DNA from: the human T2T-CHM13v2.0 reference genome, Homo sapiens
DNA: 64,000 nt
Strand: one strand, 5' to 3'
Assembly (NCBI RefSeq): GCF_009914755.1
Contig: NC_060947.1
The translations under genes and the position numbers were made by a program. The notes under the pieces were generated by a model. It worked only from the letters and a program-made list of their open reading frames with translations. It ran no database searches and was not told where the DNA came from. This document shows, in pieces, positions 23,765 to 37,210 of the stretch (positions within the stretch are counted from its first letter, which is position 1; each line of letters starts with the position of its first letter).

Positions 23765-26700
23765 CGCGGCGGGGCTGGGGGTGGGGAAGCAATTCGAAGC
23801 AAGTCGAAGTAATAGTGTATGTACACGTTTCCCCCTTTCTTGCCTTTGTCTGGTTCATCATAGAGAGAGCGCGGACCGTGTGCGGGCGGTCTTGACGAAA
23901 GAACCGAGAGATGGATGCGCTAAGGTCTAAAGATACCTTTCTCCCTCGACTAAATTAAGAATTGCCGCGACAGTTCCCAAAAGCTGAGTCCCGCTGCAGC
24001 TGCCAGGTCGCCACACTCGCCAAGCGGCGAGGGAGCGCCTTTGCCTACCAGGCCGGAGAACCCTGTTCTTCAGTCGCCTTGGCAGGGGCAGCCCCTCCTT
24101 CTGGCAATGATGTCAGCTGCAGAGAGGCTTGGCCCGGCCGATGGGAAGCCGAGCGGCGAGTCCGACCCGCAAGCACGAGCAGCCCTGCCCCGCGCGCTCC
24201 CTGCGCGCAGCCGCCCTCGTGTCCCTTCGGCCTCTCCTGGGTCCCGGCTCGCAGCCCCCCCCTTCCAGTCCCTCGCTCCTCAGAGGCGCGCTAAGGCGCC
24301 AGAGGCGGGGGTGGCCACTGCTGGCGGCCCGCCGCCGGTTTTAAACCCGGGGTTCAAACCCAGATTTGGGGTCTTCCCTCCTCCATTTCCTCCTTTCCTC
24401 CGCGCCCCAGCTCTCTCCCTTTTTCAGCTTGCACCTTCACTATTCACAGTGACTTTACTTATTTAGCAACATTTTAGAGGGCAAGTGTTCCAGATGCAAT
24501 AATAGTAGTAACTGGTGTTAAATTTCTGCTGTTTTCTCTCCCCTCGGGTGATAAAAAAGATGTGAAGAACGGCCTCTTTAAAAAAAAACCCCGTGGCTGC
24601 TGCTTCGCCTGTCACAGAGCAAGCTCTCTAGAAGGCGGGGAGGGTCATCTTTCCCACAAAATTGTGAGGTGGGGGAGGGTTTGTAACCTTAGGCGAAAGC
24701 GCAGGCTGGGGAATCCCCTTCACAGAAAGAAGAAACTGCAAATTGGAAGTTGCGGAAAGGCTCTATCCACTACTGCCATAGGGGAGAGACCACCATGCTC
24801 TTTATTTAGAGACACGCGCTCCAAATTGGGATGATGCAGGAATAGGTTTCTTTAAGACGGAAGCCCGCTGCGGCTTCCCTTTTGAGCTTGCTCTTATAGT
24901 CCTAAGGAGCAAGCCCCTGCTTTGCCAAATTTGAGGCTAATCTGTTTTCCTGATTGCGGACAATTCCTTCTTTAGCTTTGGTAGAAGGGCCGCAGAATGC
25001 AGTTGGAGAAGGTTGCACAGGGCAAGAGGGAGGGGCAGAGGCAGGGCGTGTAGAGGCAACTGGCGCCTGGAGCAGAATTACCTTCCAAAGGAAAAAACCT
25101 TCAAGGGGTGTCGCAACAAACTGCTTACTTACTGTGTTTTGGTTTGGACGCAGGTGAGAGATGTGGGCAAAGGGAGCAGAAGCAAAGAATTACTCTGTTT
25201 TGTAAAGGTAGGATTCTTCCCCCTTCCTTTTCTTCTTCCCTTTGATGAAAAGCTTCCCTTTCATGACGTATAGCTGGCAGCAAACTTAAAGTTGCTGTGC
25301 GTCTGAAATACAGGAATGGGAAAGAAACTCCGACCAAGCATAAAACACACTCATTTTCTAGAGCTCAGTCATTTGCTAAGGGTTGAAATAAACTGTGCAC
25401 CCCCACTCCCTGCCCCTTCCCCCTGGCTCCTTGGCCTTTTTGTCACCGGACTGGATTCTGAAGGACGTCCAGGTAATGCTGGGTTTCAGCAGCTGAAAGC
25501 CCTGGCAGAAGGGATTGCAGGTTTCACATTCTTCCTTCTCTTGGTATTCAAAACTTTATTTTTTTTTTTGCGAGATAGAAATTCTTGATAGAGAGCTTCC
25601 AGACTGCTGGTGGCAGGGAAGAAATCTGGTTAAGAGATTCAGAAAGCAGAAAATTCTTTTTCTCTGCGCAAGCAGTCCACAACAGCATTTAGCTAGGATT
25701 TATAAGATTCTTGGTGGAGCAAGGGGAGGCACATCGACAAAGGAGAGTTTATATAAGCCACTGGCTTTGAGCTACATTGAAAAAATATGTATGGCAGCCA
25801 CGTTTTCTTAGTGGGAAAGAAAATTATTCAGGGAATGAAATTTTGAAGGCTAATTCTCTCCAAGAATCTTGCTTCACATAATTTAAAGGAGGTGTCATCC
25901 CTGTATTTGTTCACTGAAGAGTCCACGAACTTTAATTAGTCACCTACTGTGCCAGACAATGTGATAAATGGTGTAATTGAACATAATGGAGAGAGGAATT
26001 AATTTTTGTTAAGAGGTTGAGAAGAGGTTCATAAAGGAGAGAGAGGTCTGTGGCTTTAAAAATAGTCATTCCTAGTCAGTGGCTAGCCAAGAAATGTATC
26101 TGGAAGGTCATGCCCTGTACAGAATAAGTAAGGAAGGGCATGAGGGCTTGATGTCTTGTTACAAAGTTTAGAGGTATATGTGTGTTTTGTAGACCTAGAA
26201 CATCTTTGAATATTTTTTTCCAGCAAATTCGTTAAAGTAACAACAACAAAATAGCCTGAGAAAATTGGGCAATAGATAGCACACAGTAGAAATATTATTG
26301 TTGTTTGCATTTAAATGAAGAATTGAATACATTGATGTATTACAGTAGAGAGTGGAAGCAAATATGTTAAGAAGATAATGTAACATCCAGAAAAGAGGAC
26401 TAATGAAAGAATAGGGCCTAAAGCTAATCAGTATAACTAAGAAAGAAAAGAAGGCTACTTTGGGGAATAAAATTTCTCTTTAGGCATCATCATCTATCCA
26501 CTCAGATCTTTTTACTCATCTCAGTTTCCCCATCCAGCCTTCGAAAAATTCCCCATCTTCCATCTATCGAGTAAACTCCGTTTGTCCTGGGGAGACCCCC
26601 ACTCCTTCAGCCACTTTCAAGCACATTCATCTTCACCTCACCCCATTTTCTACACACATCCCTGCATCATCTCTGAACCTTACATCATGTAACATTTTAC

Positions 26701-28719
26701 CCACTTCAGCCTTCTTTCTACAACCAGTTAGAGCCTCTTAATCTTGTCTTTTTCCTCCCTTTAGGCACTAACAAATAGCTCTATCTCGCTTCTTTTTCCT
26801 CCTCTAAGTCAGCTATTCCCCGCCCCTTTCCCATGCATTAATTATCCTGCTAATTTGTCCACTCATTTCCCCCTTTTACATCCTCCTCCCCATTAGCCAC
26901 CTTGCATTCTCCTATCTTTCATTGACCTCAAAGAAGCTAAGGGGAAAGAAAAGCCACTCTACTTTAAACTTGCTTAGATTTGCCAAATTTTCGTCATCAA
27001 GGTTTCTTCCTTTCTGTGTCTTTTGCTGTTTTAGTTCACACAAGACTTTTAGTGGAATTCCTTCAATTTGTTATATATTTTTATTATGCCTGCAAATGTC
27101 TGTTTTCCTTTGGTTGTGGCTGGGGATTCAAATATTTTACTTTGGGGAGTATTTCCAACCTTTCTGAAGTTCTCACTGACACACTCCTGACACTGTTTCG
27201 CTGCATCCCATCCTTTCTGCTGTATTCTCTTCCCATGGGTAATTCCTTTTATATTTTCAGTGAAATTCTTTCTTATTTTTATTCCCTCCTCCCCCCCTCC
27301 TCCTTTTTTTCTTTTTGCTTTGTGGGATTGGTATAGTGGCTCAAGTTTAAATATTTTGAGAAGGGACCCCCCTCAGCAGACCCCCTCATCCCACACACAG
27401 GATTTTAAAGCCTGTGTCAACGTGTGTTCATGTCAACATACAGTTACCAATCTTCAGAGGCAAAGGAACCCCTGTTTGTTTTATTTTAACTGCACTCTTA
27501 GAAAATTCTTTTTCTGTGTGTATGGTAAAGGTGCAATTCTCATATCGTTCTTCTCTCTACATTCAGTGGAATTGATTCAACATCGCTGGGAATTGGGAAG
27601 GGAAGAAAGAGTACGCTGTAAAAATACATTTTTCATCAAAGACATATATACATATTACCTTTGGGAAAAATAAAATACTTTGGAACATTTAATTGGATTG
27701 GCTTTATATTACAACATTCCAAATTACATGTCATTGTCTGAGCAGAGTTCTATTATTTGAAGACTTTATTGATCATTCAGTGTCCAGAATGAAGAAAACT
27801 AGGTAAGATGTCTTGATGTTCCAAACTGGCTTGCTATGTTCAAATTGATCATATTTGAAATGGTGTTATTTTTCAATAGAAGTTCTTCACGAAGGCATCA
27901 TCTCTTAAAATGTGGTTATCTTTTGTTAGGAGAAAACATCAAATGACCTATGTGTCATGGTCCCTTAAGATTTATTCTCTATGCAAGGTTAATTGTAAAA
28001 TAAAAGTTTATCAGATAGAGAAAACTATTTTAGGGTGAAACTGTCTTTTGATCTTCAGTTACATCTGGAGAAACACTGCATTCTCATTATCAAACAGCAC
28101 CAAAACATGGGAAAAAGAGTATTTTTCAATTACTGTTTTGAATTTGAGGAGTAGCTTGCCAGAAATTATAGATGTACCTGTTATCTTTTTGCAATCTAAA
28201 AATCCTCAACTGTTCAAGGATTTAAACTGCCCTTTTAATTGTCTCTAATGTGTTATGCACTGGATTAATATAATACATTTTAAGACAAAGAACATCAGTG
28301 GCTACAATTTTTGTTTCCAGCCCAAATCTGAAAGAATGATTTTTGTACACCTAATCTGCTCATCTTGAACGTGTAGATTTGGGTAAATAGGAGGAAAGAT
28401 AAATGAAAGGAGAGAATAAATTCCGGAAGAATATATTTCTCTGTTCAATAAAAACTGTTTTAATAATCTAATATAACTTTTAGCATGACAATGATAAAAT
28501 TAATTTGCTGATGGATTTTAATTAAACTAAAGGAAAATTCATTTCTTTTAAAAATCCTTAAGTGATTAGAGTGCAAATTGAGATTTTAGCTAATTATATA
28601 ATTCAGTTACTATCATCACATAAAATGAAATTAAAAGATTGTTTTCTGTCACCTTTATTTTGATTCATTCTTTAACTCCTTCAATATGTATAGTATTTTA
28701 TATTTTTATATCATTTAAA

Positions 28720-28920
28720 AAGTTATATTAGGATCATAAAAATTTTTTGAGTAGAAAAAGAAGGCATGGTTATACCCATTTTGTCAATGGGGAGACTGAA
28801 GTTCCCGCTGATGAAATCAGCTCCCTAAGAATTTCCAGAATTAAGAGGGGAAGCTTCAAGAGGATTGATGGTCTTTAGTCTCCAAGCCAGGTCTTTTCCC
28901 AACATCCCTTCTTGCCTCTC
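28720..28920 (-). mobile_element. MIR fragment
   Basis: ttatacccattttgtcaatggggagactgaagttc matches the antisense MIR core. Confidence 0.6.
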
Positions 28921-29569
28921 TTTTATCTTTGAGTATATGTTGTCAAAGTTCTGAATGTAAAAAGCAAAAATATATAATGTGTCTTGGATTAAAAAATAAA
29001 AATTTCAAAGACAAGTATATTCAAATATATTAAAATAACTTTTTCAGTTAATTTTCTACTAGCATTATATTCTCCTATTTAGTGTCTTTTTGCACTAAGC
29101 TTTGTAAACATTATATGATATTAAATAAAATGGTAGAACTATTGAAATGTTAACAGTACATGCTTATATGCTTCTTCCATTTTGTTTACAAAAATAATTT
29201 AAATTATGACCCATCATAATGACAGTCCCTAAAGTTTGAGTTTACTTAATGTAGCAAATGTTTAGTCCTATATCCTACTATCCTACTGTCATTTTTTTAG
29301 AACACCTGTATTTTTACATAAGATTTATTTTAGGGGATGTTTGCCAATGATTTTTAGGTAGTGTTTTTTTTCCTGACACGACATTTTGGAAGCAACATAT
29401 CTTTGATAATCAGTTGAGTGTGGGTTTGTATCATATCAACCGAAAGGATATTAAGCCCCCAAAATTCAAATCATTGTTTGTTGTCTTCAGATTACAAACT
29501 CGTTTCAGGTACAGTGAGAGCAGGGGTTTATTTAAATTGTGTGAACACAAGGTCTTTTATGATTTATGT

Positions 29570-29700
29570 TTTATTAGTGTCTAGAGAGTGACCTTGGGCA
29601 AAAACCTTCACCTCCCTGGACTTCAATTTCCCCAAAAGTAAAATGAAGGAATTGTAAGTTATTTCAAGGCCCTTTGCAAAGGGAAAAAAAATCCTGTGAT
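29570..29700 (+). mobile_element. MIR fragment
   Basis: gtgaccttgggcaaaaccttcacctccctggacttcaatttccccaaaagtaaaatgaagg. Confidence 0.7.
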
Positions 29701-30019
29701 ATTTTACAAAAAGCAGTAGACGTCTAGGACATTCTTTCCTTGTCCCTTGGCTCTGCACGTATTATCAATTTGACTGTATTGATTCATTAACCATCAATAA
29801 CTAAAAACCTATGGCTTGTCCAGCATTGCAATACTTTAAATGTTAAGGGTGGCCCTTAAAGAAATTTTGGAGAGTTCTGTCTTTGAAAAGCTTATATTCT
29901 AATAGGGCTAAAACAATGAACAACAACAACAACAAAGTAATATATAGTCACATTAAATTGAATTCAACAAATATTCGTTGTCACTCTACATTACAGTACA
30001 CCAAGTATAGTGCAGGTTT

Positions 30020-30110
30020 TATAGACTCTGAGAGTGGAAGGGACCAGAAAGATAATTTAGTCCAAACCCCTCATTTTACAGATAAGAAAAGGAAGGCTCA
30101 GGGATGAGAT
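30020..30110 (-). mobile_element. MIR fragment
   Basis: tagtccaaacccctcattttacagataagaaaaggaaggctcagg. Confidence 0.7.
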
Positions 30111-30997
30111 ATGAGTGCTACAGGAGTTCATGTAAGGTATTGGGTGATAGCATGAATTAATTTATTCCACAAACATACTTGTTCCCTGCTTTCCAATGTG
30201 TTTAGAATTTTAAAACACCATCATGTAGGGCTTTTTAATTACCTTTGCTCAAATTTAATAATAGTATCTTATCAGAAAGTTAAATGTATCCAAAACTTGT
30301 TTGTTTTTTGTTGCAGTAAACAATTTCCCACTCTGACTCAGATCTAGAAAATACTGTTTCCCACATTTTGTATTGAATAGAGATTATTAAAAGCACCTGT
30401 ATTGTGCATATTATGTTATAAAACATAAAAAATGATGTTTTGATATGGAAAACAAGTGAATGGATTCAAGTATCAATGCATTAAGTATTTTATTTTTTTT
30501 AAAAAATGACTGGAAAAGCCCATTTACTTAAAATGGCTAGAAATATACATTCCTGGAAGGATGGTTTTATTTTTATAAATGCATATTTACTCTAAATAGT
30601 TAAGTACACATTTCCTTTAAGTTTTAAATATAATCTGGGGAAGATTTTGAGTGCATTCTCTAAAATTTGATGATTGCTACATAATCTCATTCTCTATGCC
30701 AGGGCATATGTGCGTTTGTTAGGGAGTATGGGTCAGGCAAAGGTAGGCAGGAAAATTATGCCAAAGCAAAGCTTTCCCTTCTTTCCTGAGTAATCGTAGA
30801 CTGCTTTATTTTACTTTGTGACAGAGGAAGAGGGGAGGAGAAAGGAAATCAAATAGAGAAGAAAGAGAACTACCAGAGCGTTGGATGATAGGGCCTGATT
30901 TTCTCTTCAGTGTGAAATATGCAAGCTTTTTGAAACTGCCTTGGATAGCTTCTCTCTTTTACTTCTCATATTATATATTTAGAATACCTTAAGTGTT

Positions 30998-31334
<337 letters not shown>

Positions 31335-31938
31335 TTATTTGATGGTTGTTTGCTAGGTTGTGAGAATCAAAATCTTCCAAAACATGAATACATTAAATTT
31401 TTTTAAAGAGAGGCTTAAGAATAGGTAATACACACACCAAACACACAAACAGGACAAAACCTTTACATGAGAGCTCCTCAGGCAGAATTTCCTTTGCCTT
31501 TCTTTTTAGATCGGGAAAGAATTTGCTCAGTTTGTCAGTGACGTTTTACCCTTCAGTCTGCCTCCACAGTTCTTAAAGCTTTCCTTGTCTGCAGCCTTTC
31601 TTAGTCCATGAATTCAGTTTTAGCATCCATAAAATAAAGCAGTTACAATATGTGCTGGCCATTTTATAATGGCCATGAGTGCAAAGCAGGATTACTTAAG
31701 AAAGAGCATTTGAATTCACTGAAAGTCACAGACATTCTGAATGCCTCAGAACTGCATACAGGAGTAAACAGATATGGGAATATAAGGCTAATGTTCAAAA
31801 ATTGGATAGCTGGCATATATAACAGAATCAAAACACTTTAGAAAGAAATAGAACCAATATACAATTACTAATCAATCAGCATCACTGCTAACGACTTGTT
31901 ATTTTAAACTCCAGTTTCTAGGAAATTACATTCTATTC

Positions 31939-32100
31939 CTGTGCTTCTCAAACTATAATGTGCAGACAGATCATCTAGAAATGTTAAAATGCAGATTCTG
32001 ATTCAGTAGATTCTAGGTGAGGCTGAAATTCTGCATTTCTAACAAGCTCCCTGTACACATGGAAGCTGCTGCCCCTCAAACTACAGTTATCCAAAAGGCG
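31939..32100. mobile_element. MER5A (hAT-Charlie)
   Basis: gtgcttctcaaact...aaaatgcagattctgattcagtag...ctgcatttctaacaagctccc. Confidence 0.8.
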
Positions 32101-33298
32101 CTGATCCATAGTCTGGTAAACAAGCATGATAAAGATGAAGTAAGCCAAGGGTAACAGGATTTCTTAAAAGAAAAAAGAAACAATTTAGGTATGTGCAATG
32201 GATGAAAGTTTTAAATTCAACTAGATTTACAATTATTTGCATTTAGAGGTTAAATTTGATTTTAACCTTTTGTGTGACTATATTGGTTGAAACTGTAGTT
32301 CAGAATAACAACCAGTTGCTTGTCCATTTTGCAGTCAAATCTATTTCATGGACAGTTTGTACATACGATTATACCATTTCAAAAATGAAAACCATTCATC
32401 ATACAGTGTCAATGGTGTACCAGTATCTTAAAATCTTTTTAAAGAAATCCAAAAGCTCTGAGAAGTCTTAGTATAGTATAGACCCCTAAAGATATTGGTT
32501 TGTAAAATATCAGAATTGAACATATCAGCTAATCATTCAGATTTTAGAGTAGAATATCCAATTAGATTTTCATTTACCTAATTTGAAAAACTTCTTTTTA
32601 TTTTCTTATTAGTACACACATTTTGCAGAACAACAACAGCAACAACGAAAGACACTTGGTAGAGATTATTTTGTATTTGCTGTCTCAAAATAAAAGTCCT
32701 CAAAGTGGGAACAAATGGTAAATTAGACACCATGCTAACCACTTTCCTCACAACTAGACTTTTATCTTAGAATACAGCCGAATAGTCACTTAATCTAAGT
32801 GAAACTTTCATTCATTATTAGTTTAGGAAAACTTTCATAGTTCTCATTTCTTTATGTGCAGCTCAGAAACAGTATCAAGTTAAAACAAATGACATTGAAA
32901 GCAACCATTGAAATAAGTGTAAATGTTTAAATTGTGCTTGCTAGGAGACACGGTATAGTTCTAGCAGGGTTAGGAAAACAACTGAAAGTTTTCACTTCAG
33001 CGTTGGAATTCATGTCTTAATTGTACCATTGAGATTCAGAAGCCATCACCTTCCCGATGAAACTGTACTAGTCTTTTCTAAGCTCTGATACTTACAGGAA
33101 CAGCAAAGTCTGTTTAGTGGTAATAATTTGAGGATCTCAGTGAGATAAAGGGCCAATTGGATTAAAATGTTCTTGTAAGTGCTAAATGAACTTGAGTGTC
33201 TGCCAAAATTGCCTTGGATTTCATTACTCTTAACATTACTTAATAATGTTAAGCTAGTGCCCATGTGGGTATGAACCCCAATCTTGCTAACAGTTTTC

Positions 33299-33683
33299 TG
33301 TATTGGTCTGTTCTTGCATTGCTATAAAGAACTACCTGAGACTGGGTAATTTATAAAGAAAAAAGGTTTAACTGACTCACAGTTCTACAGGCTGTATAGG
33401 AAGCATGGCTAGGGGAGGCCTCAGGAAACTTACAATCATGGCAGAAGGCTAAGAGGAAGGAGTCACGTCTTATATGGCCAAAGCAGGAGGAAGACGGAGC
33501 AGGTGCAGGTGCCACACACTTTTAAACAACCAGAACTTGTGAGAACTCACTCACTATCACAAGAACAGCAAGGGGAAAATCCACCCCCATGATCCTATCA
33601 CCTTCCACCAGGCCCCTCCTTCAACACTGGGGATTAAAACTGGACATGAGATTTGGGTAGGGACCCGAATCCAAACCATACCA
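33299..33683 (-). mobile_element. MaLR solo LTR, MST family (MSTA-like)
   Basis: tgtattggtctgttcttgcattgctataaagaactacctgagactggg ... ccaaaccatacca. Confidence 0.9.
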
Positions 33684-33840
33684 TTTAAGCATAGACTGTT
33701 TCCATGTACCTAATGGGGCACGTATAGCAGCCAAAATACCCTATATCTTTTTAGGGTTTTTTTTTTTTTTTTGAGAGGGAAAATCCAAAATATACAAAAA
33801 GGAAAAGAAATATAAGAATCAAGACAAAATAAACAGATAG

Positions 33841-34223
<383 letters not shown>

Positions 34224-36249
34224 TCATGTTTTAAGACAATGAGAAACAATTGAGTTAATTTACAATGGCATTAAAATAAAAAATCATATGTAATTAAATA
34301 CATGTCAAAAATCAGACTATCTCAGACTCATAACTGGAAAAAATATGAAATAATTTCTTGGCCTGATCCAGCAAATATTAGAATCGTTCAAAATATTAAA
34401 CAAAATAATGATGTCAGAGTATTCCAATTCAGTTTCATAACTTTAAGTCATTTATATTTCCAGCTTCAGAATCAATTTGAGTAGATCTTAGAATGAGTTT
34501 AATTACAGGAAAATATTACATAACTGGATGAAATTTTAATCATAAATCACAGACTTGAAGAATAGATTTTAAAGAGATGGCAGTGAAGGTTGAGCAATAT
34601 TAGCCAGAAGACAATACTGTATAATACATACTAAATGTCTAAGTACTTAAAGTACTTACAATTGCTAATAATATGATAGGATCACCAAAGAATTAGTAAG
34701 AACTTTAAAGGAAATGGATTAATTATATTCATTAGAAAAAAAATTACAATTCTAAGTTACAATTAGGTTCCAGGATAAGGACTGACAACTCAAATAAGCA
34801 TCATGATTCAGAGAAATGGAAGACACTTTGAGAACATGATATACAGTATTTCCTTTACAATATCATTACACTTTATATATTTTTATATCCTATGCCAATG
34901 ATAGCAACTATTAGATCGAAGCAAAAATAATTGTGGGTTTTCCCATTAATAGATCACCCAAGAACATGCTTTGGTTGTAACTGAAACTACTAAGTTTTTG
35001 AAACAGGTAAACTAAAAATCAAAGCAGATTTATCATGAAACTTAACACAAAAACTAAACAAAATACTGGAAATAGCACTTTGCAGTAACTACTAAAAGCA
35101 ATATCACTAATATCACAGATTTTACTATGTAAATAATTACATTATCACTTTTAAATTGCTTTCATTGCATTTTAGGGTACTCTGGCAGATTTTTTTTCAT
35201 CTGAATCTCACAACAGTTCTGTGAAACAGGTATTGCATATATTATATATTTTTAACATATGAGGAAAGAGGCAAGACAAGTTTTTCTATTCTTAAAATCA
35301 CATACCTTTTAGGTGTCAGAGACAATAATAGATCCTTGTTCTTATCCCTGGAATAATATTTGTTTTATCAGCTAATATATGCACCAATTTATTAGGTTCA
35401 AATATAATTAAGGATATATATTAAATAACAATTTAGAATATATTATATTTACTTTTTTAGGAGTTTTAAATTTGTACTACAAAGTTTCAGTGAGCACTTA
35501 TTGAATCTTATTCGGCAAAACTATTGTAATATCCCTGGCTTTAGTAATTTAAAACATGTATTAACATAACTATACAATTATACAGTAGTCAATAGTGGAC
35601 TAGGAAATAAGGATGTTATCAGATTGAACAAGAAAGGAATACTAAGTTGGAAAACAAAATTAGGATTTGGTTCTATTTTCAAATAATTTCGGAAACCAGA
35701 GTCAAACTTCAAGGGATTGTCTTCTCTGTGAAGATAAAAATATTTGAAATAATAGGTCTAGAGGGAGAGTATTTGGGAGCAAAAAGGAAAATTATGGCTA
35801 TGGGTTGGCTTAGATATAGACTGTTAATAATACACTAAGGTGTATTACTCTGGCTAAGTACTGGTAATGCTTGATCACAGAACTTTGGTAGGTTTCAAGT
35901 TTCTAATTTTATTTGAATTACATTCAAGCATTTCCGTAATAGAGTTCTGTAATAGTAGTTAACCATGTGGGGTGAATAGTTTTATCCACTGAGCTCATAC
36001 TTTGTTTTCCATTGGAAGAACTAGATTATTAGAAACTGTTACAAAAATATATTTTGCTGTTAGAGAAGCAAACCCTGTTTAGTTTCTTTAGTGAATACCA
36101 TGAGTTAATTAGTAGACTTAAAAATATAAATGATGACACATATTGTGCTGAAGTGCCACTGAATATAAGAAAAACACTATCCTTTTTGTAAAGTTTCCTT
36201 AAAACTACAGTTCTACATAAAGGTGATATTTATTCGTGAATGTTTTCTT

Positions 36250-36460
36250 GAAAGAAGCCTTTACATATAACCATTTAACACTTCAAACAACCCTGTGGAT
36301 TAGCTGGAGCAGACATTTTTAGCCTCCCTTTCTTTTGTCCATTTCTGTTTTTCAAATGAAGAATTGAGCTAGTCCAGATTAGCTAAATGGCTTGCCTAAA
36401 GTCATCGTCAATTTAGTTAGGAGTAACTTAAGATTCCATGAGCTTTTCACCATTGCCATG
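36250..36460 (-). mobile_element. MIR fragment
   Basis: ttcaaacaaccctgtgg...ttcaaatgaagaattgagct...gctaaatggcttgcctaaagtca. Confidence 0.55.
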
Positions 36461-36842
36461 TAGACTGAGTTACTGGTGGTAGATAATTTAACCTAGGAAT
36501 TATGTAGTGATTTGAGATTTTTAATAAAGGAAGGAAAAGAAAGGAAATGTTTCTCAGATATAGAATCTAGGTTAGGGATAACATTTCTTTGCAGAAAAAA
36601 ATACAAATTGTGATGAGATATTCAGATTCTACTGAATTAGCAATACACTGAGGTAAATCATGACTAGCAATGTTTTGATGAAAATATACTTGTTTGCTGT
36701 TGGGGTATTCATTCTGTTCTCATTATTAGTGGCTCCAAATGAAGAAAGTAGGAATTATTGTAGTGAAATGCATGTCCCTAGGCATTCTATAATAACCTGG
36801 AATTTCTAGTTTATTTGATTTTCCTGTTTTTACTTAGGAAGG

Positions 36843-37210
36843 TGATATGGTTTGGCTCTGTGTCCCCACCCAAATCTCACCTTGTAGCTCCTATAATTCC
36901 CACGTGTTGTGGGAGGGACCTGGTTGGGGATGATTGAATCATAGGGGCGGGTTTTTCTGTGCTGTTCTCATGATAGTGAATGGGTCTCATGATATCTGAT
37001 GGTTTTAAAAATGGGAGTTTCTCTGCACAACCTCTTTCTTTGCCTGCTGCCATCTATATAAGATGTGACTGGCTCCTCCTTGCCATCTGCCATGATTGTG
37101 AGGCTTCCCCAGCTACGTGGAACTGTGAGTTCTCCATTAAACCTCTTTCCTTTGTAAATTGCCCAGTCTTGGGTATATCTTTATCAGCAATGTGAAAACA
37201 GACTAATACA
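36843..37210 (+). mobile_element. MaLR solo LTR THE1 (THE1A/B-like), sense to PCDH11X
   Basis: tgatatggtttggctctgtgtccccacccaaatctc ... gactaataca. Perfect 5-bp TSD GAAGG at 36838-36842 and 37211-37215. Confidence 0.95.

Larger units (their letters stand above)
21060..24410. promoter_or_regulatory. PCDH11X: CpG-island promoter of PCDH11X (CpG-dense blocks at about 21060-22400, 22850-23200, 23440-24410)
   Basis: Sharp rise in GC and CpG content over an AT-rich background, with no transposons. GC box ggggcggga at 21471-21479; weak TATA-like ttcaaaa at 21423-21429. Overlaps exon 1. Confidence 0.9.

Noticed and set aside
20355-25811. Many overlapping 60-140 aa ORFs across the CpG island
   Set aside because: Expected from stop-codon scarcity in GC-rich DNA. 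Many start at non-ATG codons, run through CA/TG repeats and show no recognisable domain.
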